From Patescibacteria group bacterium (lineage in GTDB: Bacteria > Patescibacteriota > Patescibacteriia > CAIXNZ01): a stretch of DNA of 64,000 bases. The translations under genes and the position numbers were made by a program. Position 1 is the first letter of the stretch, and the number at the start of each line of letters is the position of its first letter. The stretch lies in assembly GCA_041651155.1 (NCBI GenBank), contig JBAZJU010000005.1, positions 2,653-66,652 on the forward strand, read 5' to 3'. The notes under the pieces are model-generated. The model worked only from the letters and a program-made list of their open reading frames with translations. It was not told where the DNA came from and did no database searches. Below, one piece after another: positions 29,301 through 37,552 of this stretch.

Positions 29301-31422
29301 CGCGCAAACGCCTCATGTTTGTTTGGCGCAAAACCACAGCCCCTGGACTGATTTGACTTCCCTGGTTGGCTTTACCCTGGATAATGGCTGGCAAAAATAC
29401 GAGGTTGAACTCACCCCGTCTGCGACAGACTCAAACGGCCGTTTGCTTTTCTATCTGGGTGATAATAGTGACGGTATTTACTTTGATGATGTTAAATTAA
29501 AAGAAATCCAGCCCACTAAAATTTCCGATTCCACGCCTGAATTTAGCGCGATTTATGATGATGCTGACTCTGGCGATTATGCGACTGATTATCAGATACA
29601 GGTGATTAAATACGATGGCGATTGGGACGAGCCGTTATGGGACAGCGGCCAAACTGCGCTGACAAGTTCTGTTTTGGAAGGGGACAGGACAGAAGATATT
29701 TCTTATGGCGGCGCTGCTTTACCTCTCAATGGCATGAAATATTTTTGGCGCATTAAACTTTGGGACGACGATGACAATGAGGGCTCGTGGACAAATGGCA
29801 AGGATTATTTCGTAATGCAGGGAAAACGCATACAGGATTTGGCGTATACTTACGACAATGTGGGAAATATAGCCCAAATTATTGATGAATCGGAAACCAA
29901 CACGAAAAAGAAATCAGTGTTTGAATATGATGATTTGTATCGTTTAACCTCTGCAACCATTTCAGATAGTTTCAGCGATTATACCCAGACTTATGCTTAT
30001 GATTCCTTGGGTAATTTTACCAATAGGTCTGGTTTGGGAAATTATGCTTATGAAGGGAATACAGGAACTTCCTTTGCCAATCCGCATGCGGTTACCACTA
30101 TAAACAGCGCTGCAAATCTGGACTATGATAATAACGGAAACTTGACCAATTTGCACCTTGGAAGTTTTGTTTTAATCGGTGCGGATTATGATTATAATAA
30201 CAGGATAATTGAAACCTTGAGGCCAAATAGTCAGACCAGTACTTATAAATATGATCACTCAGGCCAGAGAATAGAGCAGAATATCAGCTCTGGCGCAAAA
30301 GTAACTGTTTATCCTAATAAGTATTATGAAAAGACGACTGAAGGGGAAACCGTAAGTGAAACATTGAATATCTATTCTCATGATCAGCTAATTGGCACAG
30401 TGCAAGCTTCTGGAAGCAGTTTTAATCTGTATTTTGTACATCCTGATCATTTAAATAGTTCATCGGTAATGACCAACTATGATGAAACGGGAAGTGTGGA
30501 TCAGGTGATTGATTATACGCCTTTTGGAGGTTTGCGATTTAATGAACAGAATTCTAGTCAAGATATTGAGAGAAAATTCACAGGGCATATAGCGGACGAC
30601 AGTACTACTTTGCAGTACTTTGGGGCAAGGTATTATCAAGGGGATGTGGGACGTTTTTGGAGTGAGGACCCTGTGTTTTTGGATATTGGAAATTCAGGCT
30701 CCAAGAAAGTTTGGGGCGAGAGTCTGGCTAATCCTCAAGGGTTGAATTCTTACAGCTATGTATTAAATAATCCATTAAGGTTAATAGACCCATTGGGCTT
30801 ACGGCCATTATCAGAGCATGAAACAGCAGTTGCTATGCAAATGCAAAGTTTATGGAGTTCAGGGGCAAGTAGCGGTTCATCAGGAGCAGATGTTTTTAGA
30901 ACCGCATATAATACATATGTTAATACTATTCAAGCTTTGCCTGAAGGCGGAGATCCTCAGAACTTTACCATTACAAATGACGCAATGTTTAAGTGGTATG
31001 ATAATCAAATGGGCTATACCGATTGGTCATATGGGGCTAAGATTAAAAGTGATTATTATACTTCGATATCTAAAAATTGGAAATGTAATTATTTTGTAGC
31101 TGAGACACTTAAGGATTCAGTGGGATATAAAAATAATATGCATACCGATTGGTTAGATATTACTAGACGTCCACCTTTAGCCACTGACTGGGTTCATAAT
31201 AATGTTAGCGGTTTTAGTTCGGTTCAAACTCCTGGAATGGGAGATGTGATTTCTTTTGATAATGAAGATGGCAGTTATCACGCTGGCATTTATTTTGGAA
31301 GTAATTTATACATTTCAGCCACTGCTACAGCTGAATATCAAAATGGAAATGTAGCTGATGGTGTTATTATTAAACCAATACCAACTGGTCATCCAATTAA
31401 TTATAATAGATTAAATCATTAA
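23317..31422 (+). CDS. Giant RHS/YD-repeat polymorphic toxin: signal peptide, SpvB-like domain, 6 FG-GAP-like repeats, YD shell with CBM-like insert, RHS core, NlpC/P60-like C-terminal domain
   Basis: TGALIYTFPLTIPPGR..PDLKLVYN..GYGWSL; 6x W.EDTN...D(I/V)(N/D)GD(G/D)..DI; YD repeats; YFGARYY...NPLRLIDPLG; CNYFV...HAGIY. Confidence 0.93.
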   Translation: MLNLKSKSSVFLSKLTMSALVFLFIFTSSPGLALAAEEAVSPEAPADTSASAGSTDTSTPTTDTTTPTPAEAPADQASLDGAKADTESQDQGMDTLTEEEDPENSPETKKAAENKFNLETDGSTGALIYTFPLTIPPGRNNLQPDLKLVYNNQNNDNTNIIGYGWSLNIPYIERQPKIGVNNLYDENYFTSSLSGELEDISLTDGHHGTYGSKVENGDFLNYEFNANNYWVVTDKKGTFYRFGYNSGARQDDPNDSSHAFKWMLEEVRDTNNNYIKYEYYKDAGQIYPADIKYTGYNTTDGIFEIDFLRESRNDDLASFKTGFEVTTSYRINEIQAKINGTWVKKYQLDYSSGDNGVRSMLNTITETGQDEQSNTITLPTNDFTYQTKTKSWTEDTNYIIPETFVTNSFRDFGTRILDINGDGLPDIIRSQCLYNGNSYKKVYINQGDGTGWVEDTNYTIPVCFVSSGGYDTGARLADINGDGFVDILYAYRQYDGSIYSKVYLNQNDGTGWEEDTNWSIPVDFCGGGHGSAARLSDVDGDGLVDILSSQLDYYQQIVDHVYINKGDGTGWQEDTNYTIPESFVTYSLHDMGTRIIDVNGDGLPDILRSQQGVSGNPDIRHVYINKGDGTGWAEDTNYTLPENFVTYSGYDFGVRTADINGDGLEDIIRAQDGISGYPDIRHVYINNGDGTGWTEDTNYTIPENFAVTSCFGNGTQIIDINGDDLADIIRAQDGIPGYSIPDIKEVYISNPHNADLLSQITQSRGGQSSVEYKGSPQYLDLSVNLLNPHLQKIIQTVSQIEYDDGLNNTWTESYQYADGLYYFSDYLNRKLAGFGKVTKTDGEGNVTKTYFHQGNDSDSSHGEYSDDVSKIGKVYRTESYDDSDNLYSKTINKWENYDLGNDQDFVKLTQTIASSYDGNTSHKDKAETYTYDNANGNLTEKITWGEVTGSDNGTFTDTGSDKYTTDIDYAATTGSAVIGSPSHETTIDQSSNKIKETKYYYDTLSLGSVGAGNLTKQEMWKSGTSYINAQKTYNSYGLVTEETDPRGKTTDYTYDTYNLYPASVTNALSQTSSYAYDYSSGKPTQVTDPNSRVFQTVYDALDRVKQEKQPDLTTPSTLVVKSEYTYTDNTVPTKVQQANNLDSSTSFDIYTYLDGFGRKIQERKEAEDTNTFSVKDFVYNDLGLIEKESLPYFSSGSSRTTATTDTSLYTNYTYDPLQRVLTAINAVGTTSNTYDDWKLTITDAESNVKDLYKDAYDNLIQVDEHNDSNTYSTYYEWNGLSNLTKITDSQDNVRNFTYDGLGRRLTAEDLHDTSDSYFGAWTYSYDDSGNLTSRLDPKSQTVNWTYDDLNRVLTEDYTGQTGTEITYAYDTGTDGIGRLYTATTPDVVTTYAYNALGGVKTENKNINSADYLTEYEYDRQGNQTLITYPNDIEVKYNYNTAGLLEEVEAKASGDPSYTDLVSDYDYSPLEQVAYQEDANGVKTYNTYDAAELYRLKEKITASVDEGGFEDLYNIAMAGGAGNGSKSYEITNPYEYTNSSSVSLPGITDNPVVQGLGSIVKAALAPLVIQSEPLKMASEESFTSNNPFSAAFDLGNNANTANVVKGLGLIVKAALSPTSVILNGSEESVTTPSAYSAAFDLGNNANATNDIKVEPKLDLWGKPVDYKLPKDKTIYLKYDKEAKPGELPKEAIEFLDKSGSKINSPELKSIYPQEAIDYFNSGPKSITGSLSGAGASLSKNDFHMALTGTMPNPSTNLNSESKWTTENIIYNQGFEDGFNSWTWQNNLDATRQEDCTVSYAGDCSEKAIVNTAGSFWQVQLSQILRLDQDTNYKLRFKAKASTATTFSFDAEENHSPYNLLGLWASNVAIGTDWTTYEYSFTALANDQNAKITFHLGANSATYWFDEIELIPDTFNKIKNPSFENSAAYWGFTSFGGGYGAGTNSIDCGSPVEGSCDDNVDITVTGNYWEVSLSQPTALDSTKTYELSFYARTDSPYAQTPHVCLAQNHSPWTDLTSLVGFTLDNGWQKYEVELTPSATDSNGRLLFYLGDNSDGIYFDDVKLKEIQPTKISDSTPEFSAIYDDADSGDYATDYQIQVIKYDGDWDEPLWDSGQTALTSSVLEGDRTEDISYGGAALPLNGMKYFWRIKLWDDDDNEGSWTNGKDYFVMQGKRIQDLAYTYDNVGNIAQIIDESETNTKKKSVFEYDDLYRLTSATISDSFSDYTQTYAYDSLGNFTNRSGLGNYAYEGNTGTSFANPHAVTTINSAANLDYDNNGNLTNLHLGSFVLIGADYDYNNRIIETLRPNSQTSTYKYDHSGQRIEQNISSGAKVTVYPNKYYEKTTEGETVSETLNIYSHDQLIGTVQASGSSFNLYFVHPDHLNSSSVMTNYDETGSVDQVIDYTPFGGLRFNEQNSSQDIERKFTGHIADDSTTLQYFGARYYQGDVGRFWSEDPVFLDIGNSGSKKVWGESLANPQGLNSYSYVLNNPLRLIDPLGLRPLSEHETAVAMQMQSLWSSGASSGSSGADVFRTAYNTYVNTIQALPEGGDPQNFTITNDAMFKWYDNQMGYTDWSYGAKIKSDYYTSISKNWKCNYFVAETLKDSVGYKNNMHTDWLDITRRPPLATDWVHNNVSGFSSVQTPGMGDVISFDNEDGSYHAGIYFGSNLYISATATAEYQNGNVADGVIIKPIPTGHPINYNRLNH
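24490..25560 (+). repeat. Six ~60-aa coding tandem repeats (beta-propeller, FG-GAP/VCBS-like)
   Basis: WTEDTNY, WVEDTNY, WEEDTNW, WQEDTNY, WAEDTNY, WTEDTNY units. Confidence 0.85.
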
Positions 31423-31426
31423 ATTT

Positions 31427-31960
31427 ATGAAAAGAAATAAAATGACAATAATAACGATAGTAATAGTAATTTTATTCCTTGTAATTATATGGGGTGTGTT
31501 TTATACACCTAAATATAAAGGTGCAGAGCTGAAATTTAATCAACTATGTGTCCTCGCGGAAAAAGGAGATCAAGTCTCCATCTTATGTAATAAAGATAAT
31601 AACTGGTTTGAGAAATTTATAAAACAAGGGGAAGTTTGGCAATTAGTTAACGACAAGGAAATTAATATTTCAGAGTACAAGTATTTAACTGGTCAGGAAA
31701 TTAAAAATAAAAATTTAGACAATTTATTTGTAGGTGAAGGAGGGTATGTATTTCATGAACCATTGAAAAAAATGATAAAAGATAATAATAGATATAGATT
31801 TTCTGTCGGAATAGGTTTGGAGGGATTTTCTGAAGATTTATCTGCAAGTTATATCGTGTTAAGAATTTATAAAGATTTTAAAGAATATACTTATGGATAT
31901 GAATTAAAAAATGATAAAGTAGGATCGATTATTAGCTTTTATTACAGTATCATTTATTAA
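31427..31960 (+). CDS. Putative immunity protein (N-terminal membrane anchor)
   Basis: Directly follows the RHS toxin, low GC, single TM. Confidence 0.7.
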   Translation: MKRNKMTIITIVIVILFLVIIWGVFYTPKYKGAELKFNQLCVLAEKGDQVSILCNKDNNWFEKFIKQGEVWQLVNDKEINISEYKYLTGQEIKNKNLDNLFVGEGGYVFHEPLKKMIKDNNRYRFSVGIGLEGFSEDLSASYIVLRIYKDFKEYTYGYELKNDKVGSIISFYYSIIY

Positions 31961-32018
31961 TTATGTCAGGTACTATTTTTGTTCATTGAAATCATTTTAA
32001 TAAGAGGATTATTTTATT

Positions 32019-33572
32019 ATGCAGGGCAAAAGAATTCAGGATTTGAGTTACACTTATGATAATGTGGGAAATATCACTCAAATAATTGATGAATCAGAAA
32101 CTAACACAAAAAAGAAATCAGTGTTTGAATATGATGATCTTTACAGATTAACTTCAGCAACCATATCGGATAGTTATAATGATTATACGCGAACTTACAG
32201 TTATGACTCGTTGGGGAACTTTGATAGCACAGATTTAGGGACTTATTCTTATGAAGGAAATACCGGGACGAGTTATGCCAATCCGCATGCTGTAACTGGA
32301 ATTGGTTCAGCCGCTGATTTGGAATATGACAACAACGGAAACTTGACCAATTTGCATATTGGAAGTTTTGTTTTAATCGGCGCGGATTATGATTATAACA
32401 ATAGGATAACTGAAACTTTAAGGCCTAATAGTCAGACAAGTACTTATAAGTATGATCACACAGGAGAAAGGATAGGGCAAGATACGGGGACAAAGGATAC
32501 AATTTATGCGAATAAGTATTTTGAAGAAACAACTGAAGGAGCGAATACGTCCGATACCATGAATATCTACGCCCAGGGTCAACTGCTTGGTACTGCAGAA
32601 TCAGATGGCGAATCATTCAATCTTCATCTTGTTCATGGCGATCATTTGAATTCGTCTTCAGTTATGACTGATTTTGACACAAATGCGGCAGTGGATCAGG
32701 TGATTGATTACTATCCTTTCGGGGGAATAAGGTTCAATGAACAAAACAGTACGACTGACCAGGGACGTAAATTTACTGGCAAGATAGGAGATTCATCAAC
32801 GACACTTCAATACTTTGGCGCAAGATATTATCAGGGAGATGTTGGGAGGTTTTGGTCAATTGATCCTTTATTTTTAATCGCCGGAGACAAACAGTTTAAA
32901 AATATTGCAGGATATGATTTAATCTATTATTTAAGCGAGCCTCAAAATTTAAATTCTTACAGCTATGTTACTAATAATCCTCTGAAATATGTGGATCCTT
33001 TAGGTTTGGATAAATATATTAACACCAAAGGTGAAACAGTTAAGGATACTGGTAATGGAGATAAATCTTATTACGAGCAAGACGATATTAATATGTTAAA
33101 TCAAAATGCTAGTTACATGGAACAGAATAAACTTAATTTTTCTAAATTTTATGATCAAGTTAGGTCTGGGGGCGATTGGGATTATAAGCAACAAGATAGG
33201 GAATTTTTCTTTAATGGCTCATTATATAGTAGTGAAGATTTTGGTAATTTAAATTATGGCTATTGTGGCACGGCAGGTGGATTTAGTAAGGGGTTATTAA
33301 AAGATATGGCAGGCGTAGTAAGTATAAAGACCACCAAAAATTATAGTGATTTAGTGAATTATGGTATTTTAAACAATTTCGATCAGCCAATTGATGTCAC
33401 TAATATTAATCTTGGAGTTAAGACGTATATGTCTACGCATAAAAATGACTCTACCTTTACGGCGAAAACACAGCAGTTAGTCTATCATACAACATTGCAA
33501 CCGTTATTTTTTAGAACTGTGGGCCTTGAATATATGGCTTATAGGGCTTTTCTTAATCTAATTAAAAACTAA
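32019..33572 (+). CDS. Orphan RHS module with Ntox44-like C-terminal toxin
   Basis: Near-copy of the main RHS core to DPLG; GGDWDYK...DFGNLNYGYCG. Confidence 0.85.
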   Translation: MQGKRIQDLSYTYDNVGNITQIIDESETNTKKKSVFEYDDLYRLTSATISDSYNDYTRTYSYDSLGNFDSTDLGTYSYEGNTGTSYANPHAVTGIGSAADLEYDNNGNLTNLHIGSFVLIGADYDYNNRITETLRPNSQTSTYKYDHTGERIGQDTGTKDTIYANKYFEETTEGANTSDTMNIYAQGQLLGTAESDGESFNLHLVHGDHLNSSSVMTDFDTNAAVDQVIDYYPFGGIRFNEQNSTTDQGRKFTGKIGDSSTTLQYFGARYYQGDVGRFWSIDPLFLIAGDKQFKNIAGYDLIYYLSEPQNLNSYSYVTNNPLKYVDPLGLDKYINTKGETVKDTGNGDKSYYEQDDINMLNQNASYMEQNKLNFSKFYDQVRSGGDWDYKQQDREFFFNGSLYSSEDFGNLNYGYCGTAGGFSKGLLKDMAGVVSIKTTKNYSDLVNYGILNNFDQPIDVTNINLGVKTYMSTHKNDSTFTAKTQQLVYHTTLQPLFFRTVGLEYMAYRAFLNLIKN

Positions 33573-33582
33573 TATATATCTT

Positions 33583-34191
33583 ATGAAACAATTACTCTCT
33601 ATATATAAAATAATAATGTTGATTCTCATTGTAGTATTTTTACCACTCGGTCTTATTTTTGGTATAAGATGGTATATATTTGGCGACACAGAGAAAAAAT
33701 TAGATTTAACCCCATATGAGGCTACATTATTAAAAAATCAGAATGAGTTTTCAATGATTGCAAAAGATTTGCACGCAAATGGAATACACGAATTATGCAT
33801 GAAGGGAAATGATTTTAAGATAAATGGCATTGTGATGAATTTTGTCGAAAATTATTTTTATTCTCCGTCTACTCTTGGTTCGCTGAAATTAACAAAGGAA
33901 CAAGCCTTGTCAAAAATTAGTTTAACAGTAGATCAAATAGGGGATTATAAAAATTTTTTTAATTCTTATGTATTTTTAAAATGTATTAAAGAGGACTTAA
34001 ATCTTAAAATCGGTAAAGAGTACTCTCTGATATTTGAGGTAAATAATTATAAGGGTTTTACTTATATTTCTGATGGTTCAATTACGCAAAATTTTAGACA
34101 AGATATTTTTGATAAAAAATATAATAAACTTGATAGGATTGATGGAACTAATTGGTACGAATTTACATACAAAAATAAATATGGGATATAG
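33583..34191 (+). CDS. Putative immunity protein (N-terminal membrane anchor)
   Basis: Follows the orphan toxin, low GC, single TM. Confidence 0.7.
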   Translation: MKQLLSIYKIIMLILIVVFLPLGLIFGIRWYIFGDTEKKLDLTPYEATLLKNQNEFSMIAKDLHANGIHELCMKGNDFKINGIVMNFVENYFYSPSTLGSLKLTKEQALSKISLTVDQIGDYKNFFNSYVFLKCIKEDLNLKIGKEYSLIFEVNNYKGFTYISDGSITQNFRQDIFDKKYNKLDRIDGTNWYEFTYKNKYGI

Positions 34192-35473
34192 AAATGATAC
34201 TGCCACTTCCTTTGCCAACCCGCATGCGGTTACCACTATAAACAGCTCTGCAAATCTGGACTATGATAATAACGGAAACTTGACCAATTTGCATATTGGA
34301 AGTCTTGTCCTGATTGGGGCTGACTATGATTATAATAACAGGATAATTGAGACATTGAGGCCAAATAGTCAGACAAGTACTTATAAGTACGATCACACAG
34401 GAGAAAGGATAGAGCAAGATACGGGGACAAAGGATACAATTTATGCGAATAAGTATTTTGAAGAAACAACTGAAGGATCAAGTACGATTGATACCATGAA
34501 TATTTACGCGCAAGGGCAGCTTTTAGGTACGGCTACGTCTGATGGAAGCAGTTTTAATCTATATTTCGTAAATTCAGACCATCTAAATTCTTCAAGCGTA
34601 ATGACTAACCTTGATGAAACTGGATCAATAGACCAGGTAATAGATTATTATCCGTTTGGTAGTATCAGGTTTAATGAACAAAACAGTGCGACTGACCAGG
34701 AACGTAAATTCACTGGCAAGATTGGAGATTCATCAACCACACTCCAATACTTTGGTGCACGTTATTACCAGGGGGATGTGGGGAGGTTTTGGACAGAGGA
34801 TCATGTTTTCCAGGAAATTGGAGGTGAAAAATTTTACAAATTAGTGGATAATAGTTATCAGGGTGAAAAAGATAAAAAGAAAAAACTGCTTGAAAAAGTA
34901 ATTTCTAACCCGCAGGGTTTGAATAGTTATTCGTACGGTAAAAATAATCCAATGAATAGGATTGATCCGACTGGAAACATGGATGTGCATACAGAAAATG
35001 CAACACCCGAACAAGTTAAACAATTTAACGAGGCTTTAGCTCAGTTACAAGTAAATGCTGCTAACAATCAGGATATGCAGAATTATTTTAAAATGTTCGG
35101 AGTTGATATTAATGAAGAATTGAAAAATAATGGTAAGGGGGTTGACGTATATATAGGTAGAGAAAATAAGACAGGCTTTGATTCCAAAAGTAATTATTCG
35201 AACTTTTGGTTCTTTAATTCTATAGATATTTTTTCTAATGCATTTACAGATACAAATAATATCCAACATGCATTAATGCACGAAATGGGACTTTGGGCCA
35301 ATGATGTAGGATCTTGGTGGGGTAATTTAAATCCCGATGCGAGTTCATACAAGAATGCAAATAATAAATTAAATACTTATATAAAAGACATTCCTAGACT
35401 TGAATTGACAATTGGATTTGAAAATATTTATGGATTTATGTCCGAGATTATTACATTCGGCGATATTAGATAA
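34181..35473 (+). CDS. N-terminally truncated orphan RHS module; zincin-like tip with degenerate HExxL
   Basis: Homology begins at TSFANPHAV (~34205); DPTG; ALMHEMGLWAND; start uncertain. Confidence 0.75.
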   Translation: MGYRNDTATSFANPHAVTTINSSANLDYDNNGNLTNLHIGSLVLIGADYDYNNRIIETLRPNSQTSTYKYDHTGERIEQDTGTKDTIYANKYFEETTEGSSTIDTMNIYAQGQLLGTATSDGSSFNLYFVNSDHLNSSSVMTNLDETGSIDQVIDYYPFGSIRFNEQNSATDQERKFTGKIGDSSTTLQYFGARYYQGDVGRFWTEDHVFQEIGGEKFYKLVDNSYQGEKDKKKKLLEKVISNPQGLNSYSYGKNNPMNRIDPTGNMDVHTENATPEQVKQFNEALAQLQVNAANNQDMQNYFKMFGVDINEELKNNGKGVDVYIGRENKTGFDSKSNYSNFWFFNSIDIFSNAFTDTNNIQHALMHEMGLWANDVGSWWGNLNPDASSYKNANNKLNTYIKDIPRLELTIGFENIYGFMSEIITFGDIR

Positions 35474-35492
35474 ATAATTAACTAAATTTTTT

Positions 35493-35885
35493 ATGAAATT
35501 ATTAAAACATAAATTAATTTTAATTAGTGCGATCATTATAATTATAATTTTGTTGACTTTTATGTTGTCTAATTTAAAACCGTATTTAGCTTTAATTTTA
35601 GCAATTATTATAGCATTCTTGATGGTTTTGGGATTTCAGTTAAAATGGAATTCTACTATAAAAGTTTTACTTATCCTATCTATGTGTGCAGCTGTAATTT
35701 TTATAATTTTTCCTATAAAGGTTGTTTTTAGTCGGACACAGTTTTCTTTAGTTACTATTATGCCGATTTTGTATGGATTGCCCACTACGGAAGGATGGCA
35801 GAAAATTGATAATGGGGAATATTTTCCAGGTGGTTCTGTAATTAGTATCCTTGATCCAAAGTATGTAATTATTGTAAGAAAGTAA
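35493..35885 (+). CDS. Putative immunity protein (about 3 TM)
   Basis: Follows the orphan toxin, hydrophobic, low GC. Confidence 0.65.
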   Translation: MKLLKHKLILISAIIIIIILLTFMLSNLKPYLALILAIIIAFLMVLGFQLKWNSTIKVLLILSMCAAVIFIIFPIKVVFSRTQFSLVTIMPILYGLPTTEGWQKIDNGEYFPGGSVISILDPKYVIIVRK

Positions 35886-36013
35886 TTTTATATCCTAGTT
35901 ATACTTATGCCTAAAAAGATGAATTAAAGTGATATAAAAAATTTGAGGGATTGGAAAAGTAAATTAATTTTTTTTGTCCTTTGAAACCATTTTAAAACGA
36001 GGATTATTTTATT

Positions 36014-37537
36014 GTGGTCGGGAAGAGAATCCAGGATTTAAGTTATACTTATGACAATGTAGGAAATGTAACTCAAATAATTGATGAATCAGAAACTAAC
36101 ACGAAAAAGAAATCAGTGTTTGAATATGATGATTTGTATCGTTTAACCTCTGCCACCATTTCAGATAGTTACAGTGATTATACCCAGACGTATGCTTATG
36201 ATTCTCTGGGTAATTTTACCAATAGGTCTGGCTTAGGTAATTATGCTTATGAAGGGAATACTGGGACTTCCTTTGCCAACCCTCATGCGGTAACCACTAT
36301 AAACAGCGCTGCAAATCTGGACTATGATAATAACGGAAACTTGACCAATTTGCATATTGGAAGTTTTGTTTTAATCGGCGCTGATTACGATTACAACAAC
36401 AGGATAATTGAAACCTTAAGGCCTAATAATGAAACGCAAACCTACAAGTATGACCATTCTGGGCAAAGGATTGAGCAGAATATAGGTGGCGGGGGCAAAG
36501 TGATAGTATATCCAAATAAATATTACAACACGACCACTGAAGGTGAAAATGCAAAGGAAACACTTAATGTTTATGCTCATGATCAATTAGTCGGTACTGT
36601 AGAAGTTGAAGATAGCAGTATGAATTTATACTTTGTCCATCCGGATCATTTGAATTCATCTAGCGTAATGACAAATTTTGATGAGATGGGAAGTGTTGAT
36701 CAAGTTATTGATTATACGCCTTTTGGAGGCCTGAGATTTAATGAACAGAATTCAGGTCAAAATATTGAAAGAAAGTTCACGGGGCACATAGCGGACGACA
36801 GCACGACCCTCCAGTATTTTGGGGCGAGATATTATCAGGGGGATGTGGGACGCTTCTGGAGTGAGGACGCAGTTTTCCAGGAAATTGGAGGGGAAAAATT
36901 CTACAAATTAGTGGATAATAGTTACCAGGGCGAAAAAGATAAAAAGAAAAAACTGCTTGAAAAAATTATATCAAATCCGCAGGGTTTGAATAGCTATTCA
37001 TATGGAAAAAATAATCCAATGAATAGAATTGACCCTACTGGTAATATTGATAAGAAGTCGGATGGAGCAACCAAAGAACAAGTTGAACAATTTGATAAAG
37101 CTTTAGCTCAATTACAGGTAGACGTTGCTAATAATCCGGAAATTCAGACATATTTTAAGTTGTTCGGGGTAGATATTAATGAGACCTTAAAGGATAATGG
37201 GAAAGGCCCAGACGTTTATGTTTGTAAGCAAACAACTGAAAATTGGGATGGACATTATGACCCGTGGTTTAATGATATATATTTGCATCCTGCTGCTTAT
37301 GCAAACAATTCAGTGAATTATACTCTAATACATGAATTGGGGCACTGGGCGAACGATGTCGGTAAGTGGTGGGGAAATCTTAACCCATCTTTAAACAATT
37401 TTCCGCAAGTAAATTCAAAGTTGAATCAGTATTATAAAACCGATCCTGGTCTTCAAATTGATGTTGAAATTATGGATAAAGGTCCTTATGGATTTGCCGC
37501 CCCCATTATACTGTATGGCGAATACGCTCCTTATTAA
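36014..37537 (+). CDS. Orphan RHS module with HExxH metallopeptidase-like tip
   Basis: GTG start; RHS core; DPTG; TLIHELGHWAND. Confidence 0.85.
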   Translation: MVGKRIQDLSYTYDNVGNVTQIIDESETNTKKKSVFEYDDLYRLTSATISDSYSDYTQTYAYDSLGNFTNRSGLGNYAYEGNTGTSFANPHAVTTINSAANLDYDNNGNLTNLHIGSFVLIGADYDYNNRIIETLRPNNETQTYKYDHSGQRIEQNIGGGGKVIVYPNKYYNTTTEGENAKETLNVYAHDQLVGTVEVEDSSMNLYFVHPDHLNSSSVMTNFDEMGSVDQVIDYTPFGGLRFNEQNSGQNIERKFTGHIADDSTTLQYFGARYYQGDVGRFWSEDAVFQEIGGEKFYKLVDNSYQGEKDKKKKLLEKIISNPQGLNSYSYGKNNPMNRIDPTGNIDKKSDGATKEQVEQFDKALAQLQVDVANNPEIQTYFKLFGVDINETLKDNGKGPDVYVCKQTTENWDGHYDPWFNDIYLHPAAYANNSVNYTLIHELGHWANDVGKWWGNLNPSLNNFPQVNSKLNQYYKTDPGLQIDVEIMDKGPYGFAAPIILYGEYAPY

Positions 37538-37552
37538 TTAATTTTTATCATT

